This document shows, in pieces, positions 52,191-63,898 of a stretch of DNA of 64,000 nucleotides. This stretch comes from Felis catus (taxonomy: Eukaryota). The DNA lies in assembly GCF_018350175.1 (NCBI RefSeq), contig NC_058368.1:161450001-161514000 (forward strand), given 5' to 3'. The translations under genes and the position numbers were made by a program. Numbering within the stretch: the first letter of the stretch is position 1; each line of letters starts with the position of its first letter. The notes under the pieces are model-generated. The model was not told the DNA's origin. It ran no database searches and was given only the letters and a program-made list of their open reading frames with translations.

Positions 52191-53055
52191 TTTTTCATCT
52201 TTTCTCCCCTGAGATCCCCCCTTAAAATATCTTGCAGGGCTGGTTTAGTGGTCACAAACTCCTTTAATTTTTGTTTGTCTGGGAAACTTTTATCTCTCCT
52301 ATTTTGAATGACAGGCTTACTGGATAAAGAATTCTTGGCTGCATATTTTTCCAATTCAGCACCTTGAGTATATCCTGCCACACCTTTCTGGCCTGCCAAG
52401 TTTTTGTAGATAGGTCTGCTGAGAACCTGACCTGTCTTCCCTTGTAGGTTAAGGACTTTTTTCCCTTGCTGCTTTCATGATTCTTTCTCTTCCTGAGTAT
52501 CTTGTGAATTTGACTATGATATTCCTTGTTGATAGTTGGTTTTTGTTGAATCTAATGGGAGTCCTTCTGGATTTTGATGTCTGTGTCTTTTTCCAGTAGG
52601 AAAGTTTTCTGCTATAATTTGCTCACATAAATTTTCTATCCCCGTTTCTCTCTCTTTATCTTCTGGAACCCGTATGATTTTGATGTTATTCCTTTTTAAT
52701 GAGTCACTGATTTCTCTGATTTTTATTTTGTGTTCTTTTGCCTTAGTCTCGCCCTTTTTTTCTGCTTCATTATTCTCCATAAGTTTGTCCTCTATGCTCT
52801 GCCTTATCCATCCTTGCCACCATGGCATCCATTCGAGATTGCAGCTCATTTATAGAAATTTTTTTTTTTAATTTCATCCTGATTAGCTTTTACTTCTTTT
52901 ATCTCCACAGAAAGAGATTCTAGTCTGTTTTCAACTCCAACTTGTATTCTTATTATCGTGATTCTAAATTCTGGTTCAGACATCTTGCTTGTATCTGTTT
53001 TGATTAAGTCCCTGGCTGTCATTTCTTCCTGTTCTTTCTTTTGGGGTCTATTCAT
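52178..53055 (-). pseudogene. Disrupted L1 ORF1, copy 2
   Basis: PQKKEQEEMTARDLIKTD, LKRNNIKIIRVPE, EQIIAENFP, KSFPDKQKLKEFVTTKPALQDIL. Confidence 0.9.
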
Positions 53056-56000
53056 TAATCATTTTGGAGGAAGAAAAGGAATTAATAATGTGAAAAAAGT
53101 TAAAATTAAAAAATTAAAAACAACACAAAAATATCAAATAAAGGGGATGCTAGATCCTAGGTGTGTTTTGGTCTGGTTGTTGAAAGAAGCTTGATAAATT
53201 AGAGAAAAAAGGGAAAGATAAGAAAACAAGAAAAAAGAAAAAAGGAGAATGTTTGAATATTTGAAAACTGAATGCCATCGGATAGAATAAAATGAAATGA
53301 TGACAATAAAATAGAATTTCAATATTTACAAAACAGTAAAAACATATAGTGGAACAGAAAAAATCTTTTTAATAAAAATGGTAAATAAAAATAGATTTTT
53401 TTCTCTTTCTGTATTCAGGAATAAGAAAAAAAGAAAAGAGAAGAAAAGAAAAGGAAAGGAAAAATAAGAAATTGAATAAAAGGACCAGCAAATAGAATGA
53501 AGTTTGATTGAAATTACATCTGGTTTCCCTTAGAAGTCAAGCTATGAAGTACTTTATAGTCATAAACTAAGCAGCTGGAGAGACGTGTTTGTCAAGAGTG
53601 CTGTTGACCCATTTGGGAGGGGTTTAGTGTAATGGCTCCACTCTCCACTAGATGGCGTTGCTTAACTTACTGGAGTAGATCGCTGTGGTGTGTGTAGGTA
53701 TGTATGCGCATGCACCAGTGAGGTGAAAATGGCATCATCCAGCTATCCAGTCTCTAGTTTTCGAACTCTGTGCTCTCCACGACTGGCAATCAAGCACCCC
53801 TCCTTTGTCTCTGGCTTCCATCCACTCCTGGCTTCTACACTGTGACCAAGGCGTCGGGCTGCCAGGCAGCACTTCCGTCCTGCGTTTTATCTGAAATGGA
53901 GCTGTGTTTCCCGACCCCTCACTTCTGAGGGACTGCGGCTTTGACCCACTCAGACCTTCTGGGCGAGGGTGTTGCTGAGCAATGGCTGGGTGCCTTCCTA
54001 CCCCCGGGAACTTTCGCAAGACCGTGCTGCTGCCAATGCCCAGAGACTGCGGCTGGGTGCCAGCCCACCCCAGAAAAAGTTCCTGCCATCTTGTAGCAGC
54101 AGCGTTTCAGGGTTTTTGGAAAAATCACAACACACGTCTGGTGCCAGGTTTCACCCTTAACGTCCTTTTTCCAGCACTAGTGAATGTGGTTATTCTCAGG
54201 GGTCTGCTGGGATCTTTTTCTGTGGAGTAGCTGCACAGCCTCTACCAAGTGTCCTCCCATCAGGGGAACTGCCTCTCCCCGTGTAGCCCTTGGACCTCGC
54301 GGTCTGCTCCTGAGGATTCACCCTTCCCGCTAGAGCACCACCAGGTATCGAGCTGCAGAGTTTCAGAATCTGTGCTCCCCCTGTTTATAGAGTATTAATG
54401 GAATTTAAACCCTCTCCTTTCTCCTTTCTCCTTTCTCCCTTTTTAGTTCTGTCCCTGCGGCTGTTTCCACTTTTCCACCTTCTCTCCAGCTGTATTCAGG
54501 CGGGGATGCTTTCCTGTGCCCTCCCCCCATCTCCGTCTTCTCCACAAGCAAAACCAGCTCCCTGCCCTCCATGGTTTCTTTCTCCCCCGTTCACCTCTCT
54601 GTGCTGCGTACTTGCCGAGTTCTGTGGTTCAGGTTGTGCAGATTGTTGTGTTAACCTTCAAATCAGTTTTGTAAATGTGCAGGATGGTTTAGTGTTGATC
54701 TGGCTGTATTTCAGGTATGAGAGAAGCAAAAAAAACTTCCATTCTGTTTCGCCACCTTGCCCCCCTACAGTTTCCCCATTGGGTCATATTTTAAACAAAT
54801 CCCTTTCTTATATCTCTCCTCAAGATCACTAAATGAAGAACAAAAACTATTGGGTCCATTTCAAAGCACTCTAAAATGGAATTGAACTTAGGCTTTCTTC
54901 TCAAAAAAAAAAAAATAGTGAGCTAGAATAAGGTCTTCCTTAAAACATCAGTCAGTACAATTGCTCTCAGTATTTTTTATGGGAGATTTTTTTAAAAAAA
55001 AAACACTGGTAGGGAGTTAAAATAAAGAAAGGTAGTTTTCCAGTCGCATGATCATATTGCTCTCATCACTTGTGTCTTTGTATCAAACTCTCCTCTTTCT
55101 TGGTCTGGGTAGTTTCTGCCTTTGACTACTTGATGCCATCCTCTAGCAAGGTCAGCTGCTGACCAGACAGCGTTAGCCATCGTCCCCACACGTTGACCAT
55201 CAGCCTCTTCCCTCTTCTGACAGGTGAGCTTTCGTCTACCCCGCAGCCTGCATTTGCCAGGCAGGAAAAAAAATGACTCTTCAGTATGACAGGCAGAGAA
55301 GCTGCCACTTATATTGAGTGCACTTTGAGTCCTTAGAGGAAAGCAAGGAGACTCCAGGTGGGAAATCCTGCTTGTGGTTTTGCTGCTAACTTAGATGACT
55401 GTTTATCCTTCATCTTCATGGCTGTTGCCTTTTTCAAATAAACGGGTTTAAGAAAAATAGTGTGAGCTAGATCCTGAAGGTTAAAATATTTTTTCCTCAT
55501 TGTAGCCTCTGTTTTCTTTTTCCCTGTCTATTAAATTTAAAACAATTTTACTATGAAGTTAAGTGGACTTCTGACAACACCCTGAAGTTTGAATTGTTTA
55601 TTATTATTATATTTTCTTCTGCATTAGTGCTAGCTCCTGTGTAACTATGCCTGCAGGGAAGGAGATACTACTCAAGCAAGCATTGTTATTATTCGAGGTT
55701 ATAATATATCCCTTTTATGGGTTATTTTGCATTTCTCTCCCAAAGATAATAGCAATATAAGTTTGAAATATTTTTTTAGAAGAAGCTCCTATTTGCCGTA
55801 CATGGTGAAAGGAAGAATTCTACTCGCACTGGTCACTCTGTTATATTTGCAGTCACATTCACTCAGCAACTTCATTGGAAGTTTGGCTTAGTTTACTGAT
55901 ATTTTCTCTTAATGATTTAAATGAGAATAATGGTGAGCATGAAATATGGCAGGAAATGTGGTTTGCGCTTACTGAGAGGAATGTGAAATTCTGTTGCATT

Positions 56001-56211
56001 TCTGATATTTCCTTACCTGCTAGAGCATAGGACAAAGTATACCAGACTAAAAGGTGCAACAGGCCTGAGAGTTAAGAGATAGTTCTGGCCCCTGTCTTTT
56101 CACTACCTTGCCCATGAGCACAGTCATTTCACTTCTTCACACTTGAGACTATCTATAACATAAATTGAGGGATCAGCTATTTCTAAAGCCTTTCTCAGAA
56201 ATAAAAATATT

Positions 56212-56459
56212 GGGGTGCCCGGGTGGCTCAGTTGGTTAAGCATTTGACTCTTGGTTTCAGCTCAGGTCGTGATCTCACAGTTCATGAGTTCAGGCCCGCA
56301 TCAGGGTCTGTGCTGACAGTGTGAAGGCTGCTTAGGATTCTCCCTCTCTACCCCTCTTTGCCCCTGCCCCGCTCATGCTCGCTCTCTCTCGCTCTCTCTC
56401 TCTTTCTCAAATAAATAAACTTAAAATATTTTTTTCAAATAAAAACAAAAAAAAAAAAA
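56212..56459 (+). mobile_element. CanSINE
   Basis: ggggtgcccgggtggctcagttggttaagc; TSD agaaa(t/g)aaaaatatt. Confidence 0.94.
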
Positions 56460-56799
56460 AGAAAGAAAAATATTGCTAGCAGTGTCAAGCGTTTAAATTG
56501 TGACAGATCCTTGCTTGGGAAAATGAATGTATGATTAAAAGGTTATCGGTTAAATAACTTCAACTATGATTTTCCATATCTCTAAAAAACAGAATCCTGT
56601 GTGGGAACGTAAATAAGATGAATTTGCCATAAATGTATGAATCATAGTTCTGGCCATCAGTACTGTTTTTACATGAGATAGTTAAACTGAGTTGTCATCA
56701 CCCCAATGTCAAGCCACCTGTCATATTAGTTCGGTGATGGGAGTGAAATATAGTGTGCTAGGTGAAAATAAAGGGAGTATAAACATTTGGAAAATAAAT

Positions 56800-57592
56800 A
56801 TAAATGTCACTGTGACTGGGCCATAGAGTGCCCAGATATTTGGACAGACATTATTCTGGTGTTTCTGTGAGGGTGTTGTTGGATGAGTTTCACATTTAAA
56901 TTGATCGAGTAAAGGGGAGCCTCAGTGGCTCAGTCAGTTAAGTGTCTGACTCTTCATTTTGGCTTAGGTCATGAGCTCATGGTCATGGGATCAAGCCCCG
57001 CACTGGGCTCTGCACACAAAGTGCAAAACCTGCTTGGAATTCTCTCTCTCCTTTCTCTCTTCCCTTCTTTACTCATGCACTGTCTCTCAAAATAAATAAA
57101 TAAACATTAACTTGATTGAGTAGATTGCCCTCCCTATAATGTAGGTGGACTGCACCCAATCTATTATTTGAATAGAATAAAAAGGTTGACCCCTCTCCAA
57201 CTAAGAGAGCATGACTGCTTGACTGCCTTCAAAGTGAAACATCAGTTTTTTCCTGCCTTCAGACTCAAACTGAAATATTGTCTCTCAAGGTCTCAAGCCT
57301 GCTCTTCAGTCTGGAATTACACCATGGACTCTCCTGTTTCTCAGACCTTGTACTCAAGACTGGAATTATATCACTGGCTCTCCTAAGTCTCCAGTTTACT
57401 GAATCATCCTGAAGATGTTGGGACTTGACAGACATAATCATGTGAGTCAATTCCTTATAATAAATTTCTATTTATTCTAATATATTCCATATTTTAGAAC
57501 ATATTATGCATATTACATATGCATATATATGTTTATTGTATGTATATGTGTATTTAGATCCTATTGGTTCTGTTTCTCTGGAGAATCCTAAT
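56800..57592 (+). mobile_element. MLT2B-like LTR interrupted by a CanSINE
   Basis: gactgggccatagagtgcccagatatttgg; tagattgccctccc; cctattggttctgtttctctggagaatcct. Confidence 0.88.
56914..57108 (+). mobile_element. CanSINE
   Basis: Degenerate TSD aaattgatcgagtaaa/aacttgattgagtaga. Confidence 0.92.
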
Positions 57593-58920
57593 GTTTGAAG
57601 ATCATATATGCAGATAAAAAAGAAGACATTCATATATTTTCAAAACTCCTCTAGGGTATTAAGCCCAAAAGAGACAGTGAATTGGTACTATTTGTTGTGG
57701 TTTTCCCTTGATTCCTTATGAGAAATTTTAGGCTTGCCTGATTCCTTCATAACCCAGGAATCAAATATCTAAGAAAGATAGCAAATTAGTCCTTCACACA
57801 GGCAATGTTGAGCCATTGTGTGGTCACTTTTCAACTTAGCTTTTGTGTTATGACAAGAGGACAATGCAGACTGATTATGCCATTATCCCTCATTGTGTGC
57901 CTTCAGGCTGGATGGCAATTTGGTACAACTGTGCAGTTTGTCTTTAGAGTTTAATATCTGTCATGTGGCCTTACTGGGAAACACAACTGTGCATGTGAAT
58001 GAAAGTGAGTCAGAGGATGTGAGTGGGAATATGTTTGTCGCTTCACTTTTAGAAATCCTGGAAGGTATTCTAAATTTATTGACTCTTCTCTGCCTTTTTC
58101 TGAAAGATATGGATAAATCAAGATAAGAAGATTAAGGGATAAGGAAGGAGTAGTCAGAAAAAAAGATATTTTGGTACGTCTACTACAAAAGTAGCCGTGG
58201 AGTACATTTTCAATTGTTGAATAAGTAACATTGGACTATTCTTCATTGCTCCTATCCAGGAGGCTAAAAGGGCTGCAGTTTGAAAGGAAATATTTTGAAG
58301 TTCAATAATCCCCTACCTTCATAGAAAAGTTGTTCTCAAATTGCTATCAGTGGAACCCCTAACATTTTTGAAAAGGAAAAAAAGTCATATTTTCTCACGT
58401 TAAATGGGTGACTCTAGAGCACAATCTAATCAGCAAATCACATCAACTAGTGGTTGTATGTTTTATGTCAAGAATGAAATGCTGAATACCTGTAATGTTT
58501 TGCTGTCACAGCATTGACACAGAACAGTAGGAAATGAGCTCCTGACTTTAAATACAGAAGTAGTTAGTTTGGCATACTGATCTTTTAGAAGGGGACCCTA
58601 AACCACTGATGAATTAGAGGTAAGAATTGACCCTTGGAAAACATAGAGACATATATTTATTATAATTTCAGAACCGTTATTCACCGAGAACTAACCACAG
58701 CTATAGCAGCTGTAGTATATGCCGCAGAATGAGAAAAGACAGTGGAAGGTCATGGGTACTCAGCACAAATGGTAGTCTCCCCAGTGTGAAGCAGTAACAT
58801 CTAAGATAGCTTCTGCACCTGGCCAAGAGAGGGGTAAGAAAAATCCCCTGGGAATCTAGGTCCAAAAGGTCAAACTTCTTGTAATTAATATAAATAAATA
58901 AATCAGTCAGTCAATCAATT

Positions 58921-59325
58921 TGTTCTTCACTAAGGGGACTCTCCAGCCAGGCAAGTGGGATGTGATGCATCATTCTGGCAAATGTGACCCCAGCTGTCAT
59001 GACAGCCCTTGGGCAGCTGCTGCACTTTGGGAAACATGCTGTGACACTGTCACCAGGAATTCAGTAAGTGCAGAAGTATTTCCTGGAAAATGTGGATGCA
59101 CACAATTAAGTGCAAAGGAGCAGACTCAGCCCGAGAGCAAGGTGCAAACCTGGAACTAATGACCATTTAGGTTAAAACATTGGACATAATGGCCAGTGTT
59201 AGACAGGTCACATGGTATGGCTTGTGAGCTGTGGCAGATCCTGGCACAGGAACCCATACATTCAATCAATAAATCCCTGTGCTTCTGAGACAGTCACCTG
59301 AGCTCTTCTATTTTCTTTCAGGACA
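58921..59325 (+). mobile_element. Possible ancient solo LTR (family not recognised)
   Basis: GC-richer block of about 400 bp starting TGT, AATAAA at about 59268, ending GGACA; no TSD seen. Confidence 0.3.
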
Positions 59326-59409
59326 TCCTGCATGGTCCCATTTTGTAATCTGGGTTTCTTAAACTTCTTTCCTATCTAGCCTGTTAAAGAAGCAGTTAGG
59401 CATTTGCTG

Positions 59410-59990
59410 AGAACTTCTGAGCACAAAAATCAGTGAAAGGATATTCACATGGTTTCAAGGTATCACCATACATAGTATTTATCCATTACAAAGGCGGAAA
59501 CTCAGATACAATTCACGTAAATATTAGTGACACAATTTTACATAGTCTAACAAGCAATAAGACAACTCAGCACACTGACTTTATATTTGCAATGAGGTGA
59601 TGCAACAAAAATTCCTGTCATCATCTATGTAGTCTTCTTACCAAAAGGTTTAAAATTGAATTTAAACATGAGAAAACAGACAAATACAGATTGCTAAATA
59701 TCTTATAATACAGTTAGTTCTAAGCAATCAGACAAATCTAGAATGTAGGATATCCTACATTGCAATTGGCCAAGACTTTTCAAAAATATCAATGTCACGG
59801 AAAAAAAAAGTAGAAGAATTCTTGCAGATTAAAGGAAAATAAAGAGACATGACAATCAGATAAAATGCACAAACTTGTTTACCAGAATGGAAGAAAAAAA
59901 AGCTATAAAGATATTTGGGGGGTGATTGGTTATATTTGACTGTAGAAATTAGAAAATGATTTGAACAATGTTAAATTTATGGAGTGTGAA
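59410..59990 (+). mobile_element. L1MC/L1ME-like 3' region
   Basis: aatcagacaaatctagaatg, ggccaagacttttcaaaaatatcaatgtca, gattaaaggaaaataaagagacatgacaa. Confidence 0.75.
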
Positions 59991-60290
59991 ACCAAATAAC
60001 ATGAAAAAGACCCAGAGGCAGTGCACTCAGAACACCATCATGAGAGTGAAGCCCTTAATGGCCACAGACTTTTCGCATGCAGAGACCTTTCTGATCAGTC
60101 TCTGCTATTATTAGAATAGTTTCTCCTGCCACCAGGTAAAGGGATCATCTGGGAATTTTCTCGCAGAGAGAAAAAGACCAGATTCAGGTGACTTGGACCC
60201 TGCGACTTACACAATTTTGAGAGCCCTTTTAAACACAAGGATACAAAATTATGAATACACAATTAGGTAAAACATTAAATATTTACTTAG

Positions 60291-60490
60291 GGGGCACCTG
60301 GGTGGCTCAGTCGGTTAAGCATCTGACTCTTGATTTCAGCTCAAGTCATGATCTCAGGGTTCGTGAGTTCGACCTCCACGTCAGGCTCTGTACTGACAGC
60401 ATGGAGCCTGCTTAGAATTCTCTCTCCCTCTCTTTGCCCCTCCCTGCTCACTCTCTCTCTTTCAAAGTAAATAAATTTAAAAAAAAATTT
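60291..60490 (+). mobile_element. CanSINE
   Basis: Perfect 13-bp TSD aatatttacttag. Confidence 0.95.
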
Positions 60491-60569
60491 AATATTTACT
60501 TAGAATGAGAAGCAAAATCTTTAAAGTTACAAACTAAAACAAATAAAATACACCCATTTTCCTAAATTT

Positions 60570-60960
60570 TACCTTGAAATGGATCCCGTAAGAAAATTTT
60601 TCATGAGTGCACTAAGGAACAACACCTAAGGGAGGCAGGGCTGCGGGAAGAGAGGGGGATGGTCTGGAGTGTGGTTCAGCTATAACAGAGGCCATAGCAG
60701 GCACCACCAGAGCTCTGAAACTGGAATGGCCTTTCAGCATTGTCCCCTTGTCAGGCAAGAGGTAATGTAGCCAGGCCTTTGTACCTTACTGGTTTTAGAT
60801 GTTGGGTGCCCCTTGGACAGGGCAGCTCCCTTCAGGCAGAGCAATTCTAGTAGATGCTGCCTCTGTGAGCAAACAGTAACCAGTAACCCCAGCAGTAGGA
60901 AATATGAGGGTTTCTGTTCCACAAGAGGGATCTGGGGATTGTACCTCCATATACTCTACA
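60570..60960 (-). mobile_element. LTR16A-like solo LTR
   Basis: agagctctgaaactggaatggcctttcagcattgtccc; ccaggcctttgtacc; ggcagctcccttcaggcagagcaattc. Confidence 0.75.
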
Positions 60961-61380
60961 ACCCAAAACAACACAAAATTCAGAGCAGAAACCAATACAT
61001 ATTTTTTATTAATTAATTGTCTAGATTTTATAATACAATATTTTCCTTTATTTTTAGGTTACACACTTTGATTTTTCTTTATTTGCCAACAATGTGTAAT
61101 ATTTTTTTCCCCCTTAGAGACAAGAAGAAGATAACTTTGTCTTACTTTTAGGAGAGCTGTTCAACATTATAGTTTCACTACTTAAATATTTTTCTTGTAA
61201 TTTGGAAAATTATTTGAGAATTTGGACACATCTATCAAGTTTCTTTCTTATATGAACTCAAAGATTTCAGATATTTAGAGATGTCTTAGGCAGTGACTAA
61301 GATTAAATGCTGTTTGTAATGATGATGCTCATTCATCACTCAGTATTCAAATATTACTTTTAGTGAGGGTTATGAATTTT

Positions 61381-61546
61381 TAAAAAAAATATTTATTCAT
61401 TTTGAGAGCAAGACAGCATGAGTGAGGGAGGGACAGAGAGAGAGGAAGAGAGAGAATCCCCAGCAGGCTCCATGCTTCCAGCACAGAGCCTAACATGGGA
61501 CTCAAACCCACAAAACCATGAGATCATAACCACCCCAGGTGAACAA
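61381..61546 (-). mobile_element. CanSINE with an internal deletion in its tRNA-derived head
   Basis: Perfect 15-bp TSD agggttatgaatttt; gagatcataac joined directly to caccccaggtg. Confidence 0.9.
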
Positions 61547-62059
61547 AGGGTTATGAATTTTATGTTGGGCCCTACACCTACATTCAGAACATAAAGGAAT
61601 AGGCACACTGGTGGTAGTAATATTCTGGAAGCTATTTTGACACTGCAATGAGCAATAACTTAACTATAGATGGAAATGACTACAAAGCACAGCTATAGAC
61701 ATCTCACTAAACACTAATTAAATTTATCTTAATTGCATCTCCATAATGTCTGTGGTTACTCAGAGGCAGCCCATGCATAAGGGCTGGTATAAGTGACAGC
61801 TCCAAAGCTGAAGCCTCATTAGTTTCAAGGTAAATCGGCTTCTACCCCCAGGTTCATAACTTTCTGAGATTTCTGTCTCTTCATTATTCCTCTACCCCAT
61901 GATGCTCGCCACTGCCCTTCACACACAGCCTACACAGTAAACAAACTACCAAAGTGCAACAGAACCTTGCCATTACAAACTTAGTAATGGTAAGTGAAAT
62001 ATGAAAATGTAAAGTTTCCCAGATCCCCATGACGCTAGCTAAAGTGTTACACAGTTTCC

Positions 62060-62450
62060 ATTAGGTACTTCCTTAGCCATCTGTCCAGCCCCTCCTATAT
62101 ACCCAAGTTTCTTTCATGTATCCTTTTCATTTAGGTCACAATTACACTTTCCCTCCAGGGCTATCACTATTTCTCTGGATTCAGCTATTATCTAAGAAAG
62201 CACTGCCTATCTCATTTGTCCGTAAGTTCCTCTGGGTTTTCCAATGAAATTGTTTTTTCAAAGCCACCTGAAATCTCACTGCATACCATCTTCTACACTT
62301 GTGGCAGAATTCTCCAAACTACCTGTTTTACCTTTCAAGGTACACCGAATCCGCTGCTCGACCCCCTTAAGTGTTACCTGCATACACACACGATCTTTCT
62401 TTTTAGTCAGTTATCCAAGAAGTCCCAAACACTTTTAGAACTTAGATTCT
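62060..62450 (+). mobile_element. Probable L2 fragment
   Basis: Pyrimidine-rich; ctatcactatttctctggatt...ttctccaaactacctg. Confidence 0.4.
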
Positions 62451-62797
62451 AATGTCCATTAAATATAAATTTAATAACACATAAGAATCAATCACCAAGA
62501 TTCCAAGGGGGAATCCAAAGTTGCTATAAGCAAAGAGATATGACTGTGACATCCATGCTTTTAAGTTTTGTTGACATCACTTTTAGAATTACATTTAAAA
62601 TCAGATGGCTTTAAGAAATTTAATAAGTTACATCTCTGACAGAGAATAAAAAAATTACTTTATTCAAGATTCATCAAACTTGAATTCTGTATCAGATACT
62701 CACTATAATGACAATTTCAATGGTAATGTTTGCCAGGATACAGGTGTTTGAAGCATTTCTTTTGCTCACTTACAGTAGGATCTTATATGACAACGTG

Positions 62798-63001
62798 TTT
62801 TTTTTTAATGTTCTTTTATTTTTGAGAGAGACAGAGACAGAGGGTGAGCAGTGGCAGAGAGAGAGGGACACATAGAATCCAAAGTGGGCTCCAGGCTCTG
62901 AGCTGTCAGCCCAGAGCCTGACATGAAGCTCGAACCCATGAACCATGAGATCATGACCTGAACCAGTCAAATGCTTAATCGCCTCAGGCACCCAGGCGCC
63001 C
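62798..63001 (-). mobile_element. CanSINE
   Basis: ggctccaggctctgagctgtcagc...cacccaggcgccc. Confidence 0.93.
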
Positions 63002-63057
63002 TGACAAGTTTTTAACATATCTTTCCTTTTGAGTCAACAAATATGGTTACGGCAAGA

Positions 63058-63261
63058 TTTTTGTTTTAACTTTTTTGAAGTTTATTTATTTTGGGGGGGA
63101 GGGGGAGTGGGTAGAGAAAGAGAGAGAGAAACAATCCCAAGCAGGCTCTGCAGTGTCAGTGCAGAGCCTGAGGCAGGGCTCAAACTCATGAACCTCAAGA
63201 CCATGACCTGAGCCGAAAGCAAGAGTTGGATGTTTAACCCACTGAGCCACCCAGGTGACTC
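63058..63261 (-). mobile_element. CanSINE
   Basis: aatcccaagcaggctctgcagtgtcagtgcagagcc...gagccacccaggtg. Confidence 0.93.
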
Positions 63262-63770
63262 TAGGATGAGATTATTAATGGGCAAGGTTAATTGACTCAT
63301 TCCTTCCTGCTCTTGCATTCTCTTTGGTTGCTAATTTCTTACATAATTCCATTTCACTACCTTCTCACATCCCTCAAATGTAAGTATCAGAAAACTGGAT
63401 ATAGGTTATTTTCAGTGAAGGGCCTTTAGCCCTGAAATTCCTTTCTTTGTGTGACAATGTGAGGCCTCCCATTTTGCCCAGCTTTCTTAAGGGTACATGC
63501 AATGACTATACTTTTTATTTGGCCACTAGATACAAGTATGCAACTGATAGGAAACAGGTTTGTAAAAGTGTATTTTACACTATTTTAATAAGAATTGTAA
63601 TTTTCTGGATTAATTTTAGCTTTAAGACTGTTATGCTGGATCAGTTTGAGGGAGAGATGAAAATTTGAAAATCAAAAAAATATATATATAATCTGGTTGT
63701 CTTGCTACTTTGAATCCTTCCATCACATATCAACATCATTGATATGAGATATTCCTTCAGCCCTGTATTT

Positions 63771-63898
63771 TATTTTTTATTGGTGATAGGCACTTTATTT
63801 TATTATTATTTTTAAGTTTTTAGTTTAATTCCAGTTAACATACAGTCTAAATTAGTGTACAATATAGTGATTTTCAATTAGTGTACAATATAGTGATT
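63771..63898 (-). mobile_element. Extremely truncated L1 3' tip with a short extra segment and a 26-bp tandem duplication
   Basis: tttaattccagttaacatacag...gtgtacaatatagtgatt is a carnivore L1 3' end; TSD ttcagccctgta(t/c)tt at 63756-63770 and 63899-63913. Confidence 0.8.

Larger units (their letters stand above)
47593..54765 (-). mobile_element. Full-length inactive carnivore L1 (copy 2)
   Basis: GGGGGGCAAGGTGGCG 5' end, 5'UTR, ORF1, ORF2, 3'UTR; outer TSD ttgggtcatatttt at 47446-47459 and 54779-54792 with a TTTT/AA target. Confidence 0.96.
60173..61844 (-). mobile_element. Zaphod/MER115-like hAT-Tip100 DNA transposon, internally deleted, with three nested inserts
   Basis: One end cttacacaattttgagagccc...atacaaaattatgaatacacaattaggt; other end gctgaagcctcattagtttcaaggtaaatcggcttcta; both match remembered Zaphod termini (strand tentative). 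Confidence 0.7.

Noticed and set aside
32196..54765. 15-kb segmental tandem duplication to explain the twin L1s
   Set aside because: The sequence between and flanking the L1s is not duplicated, and the L1 UTRs and ORF1s are much more diverged than the shared tract.
32196..54765. Retrotransposition-competent L1s
   Set aside because: Both ORFs in both copies have multiple stops and frameshifts, and both ORF2s carry SINE insertions.
54398..54832. 144-aa antisense ORF in the L1 5'UTR (ORF0-like), also 38780-39201 in copy 1
   Set aside because: Low-complexity pyrimidine-rich translation. The frame is broken in copy 1 and runs into the flank in copy 2, and there is no evidence of function.
57893..58126. 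77-aa ORF with flanking splice-like sites
   Set aside because: No recognisable homology and a non-ATG start; unsupported without RNA data.
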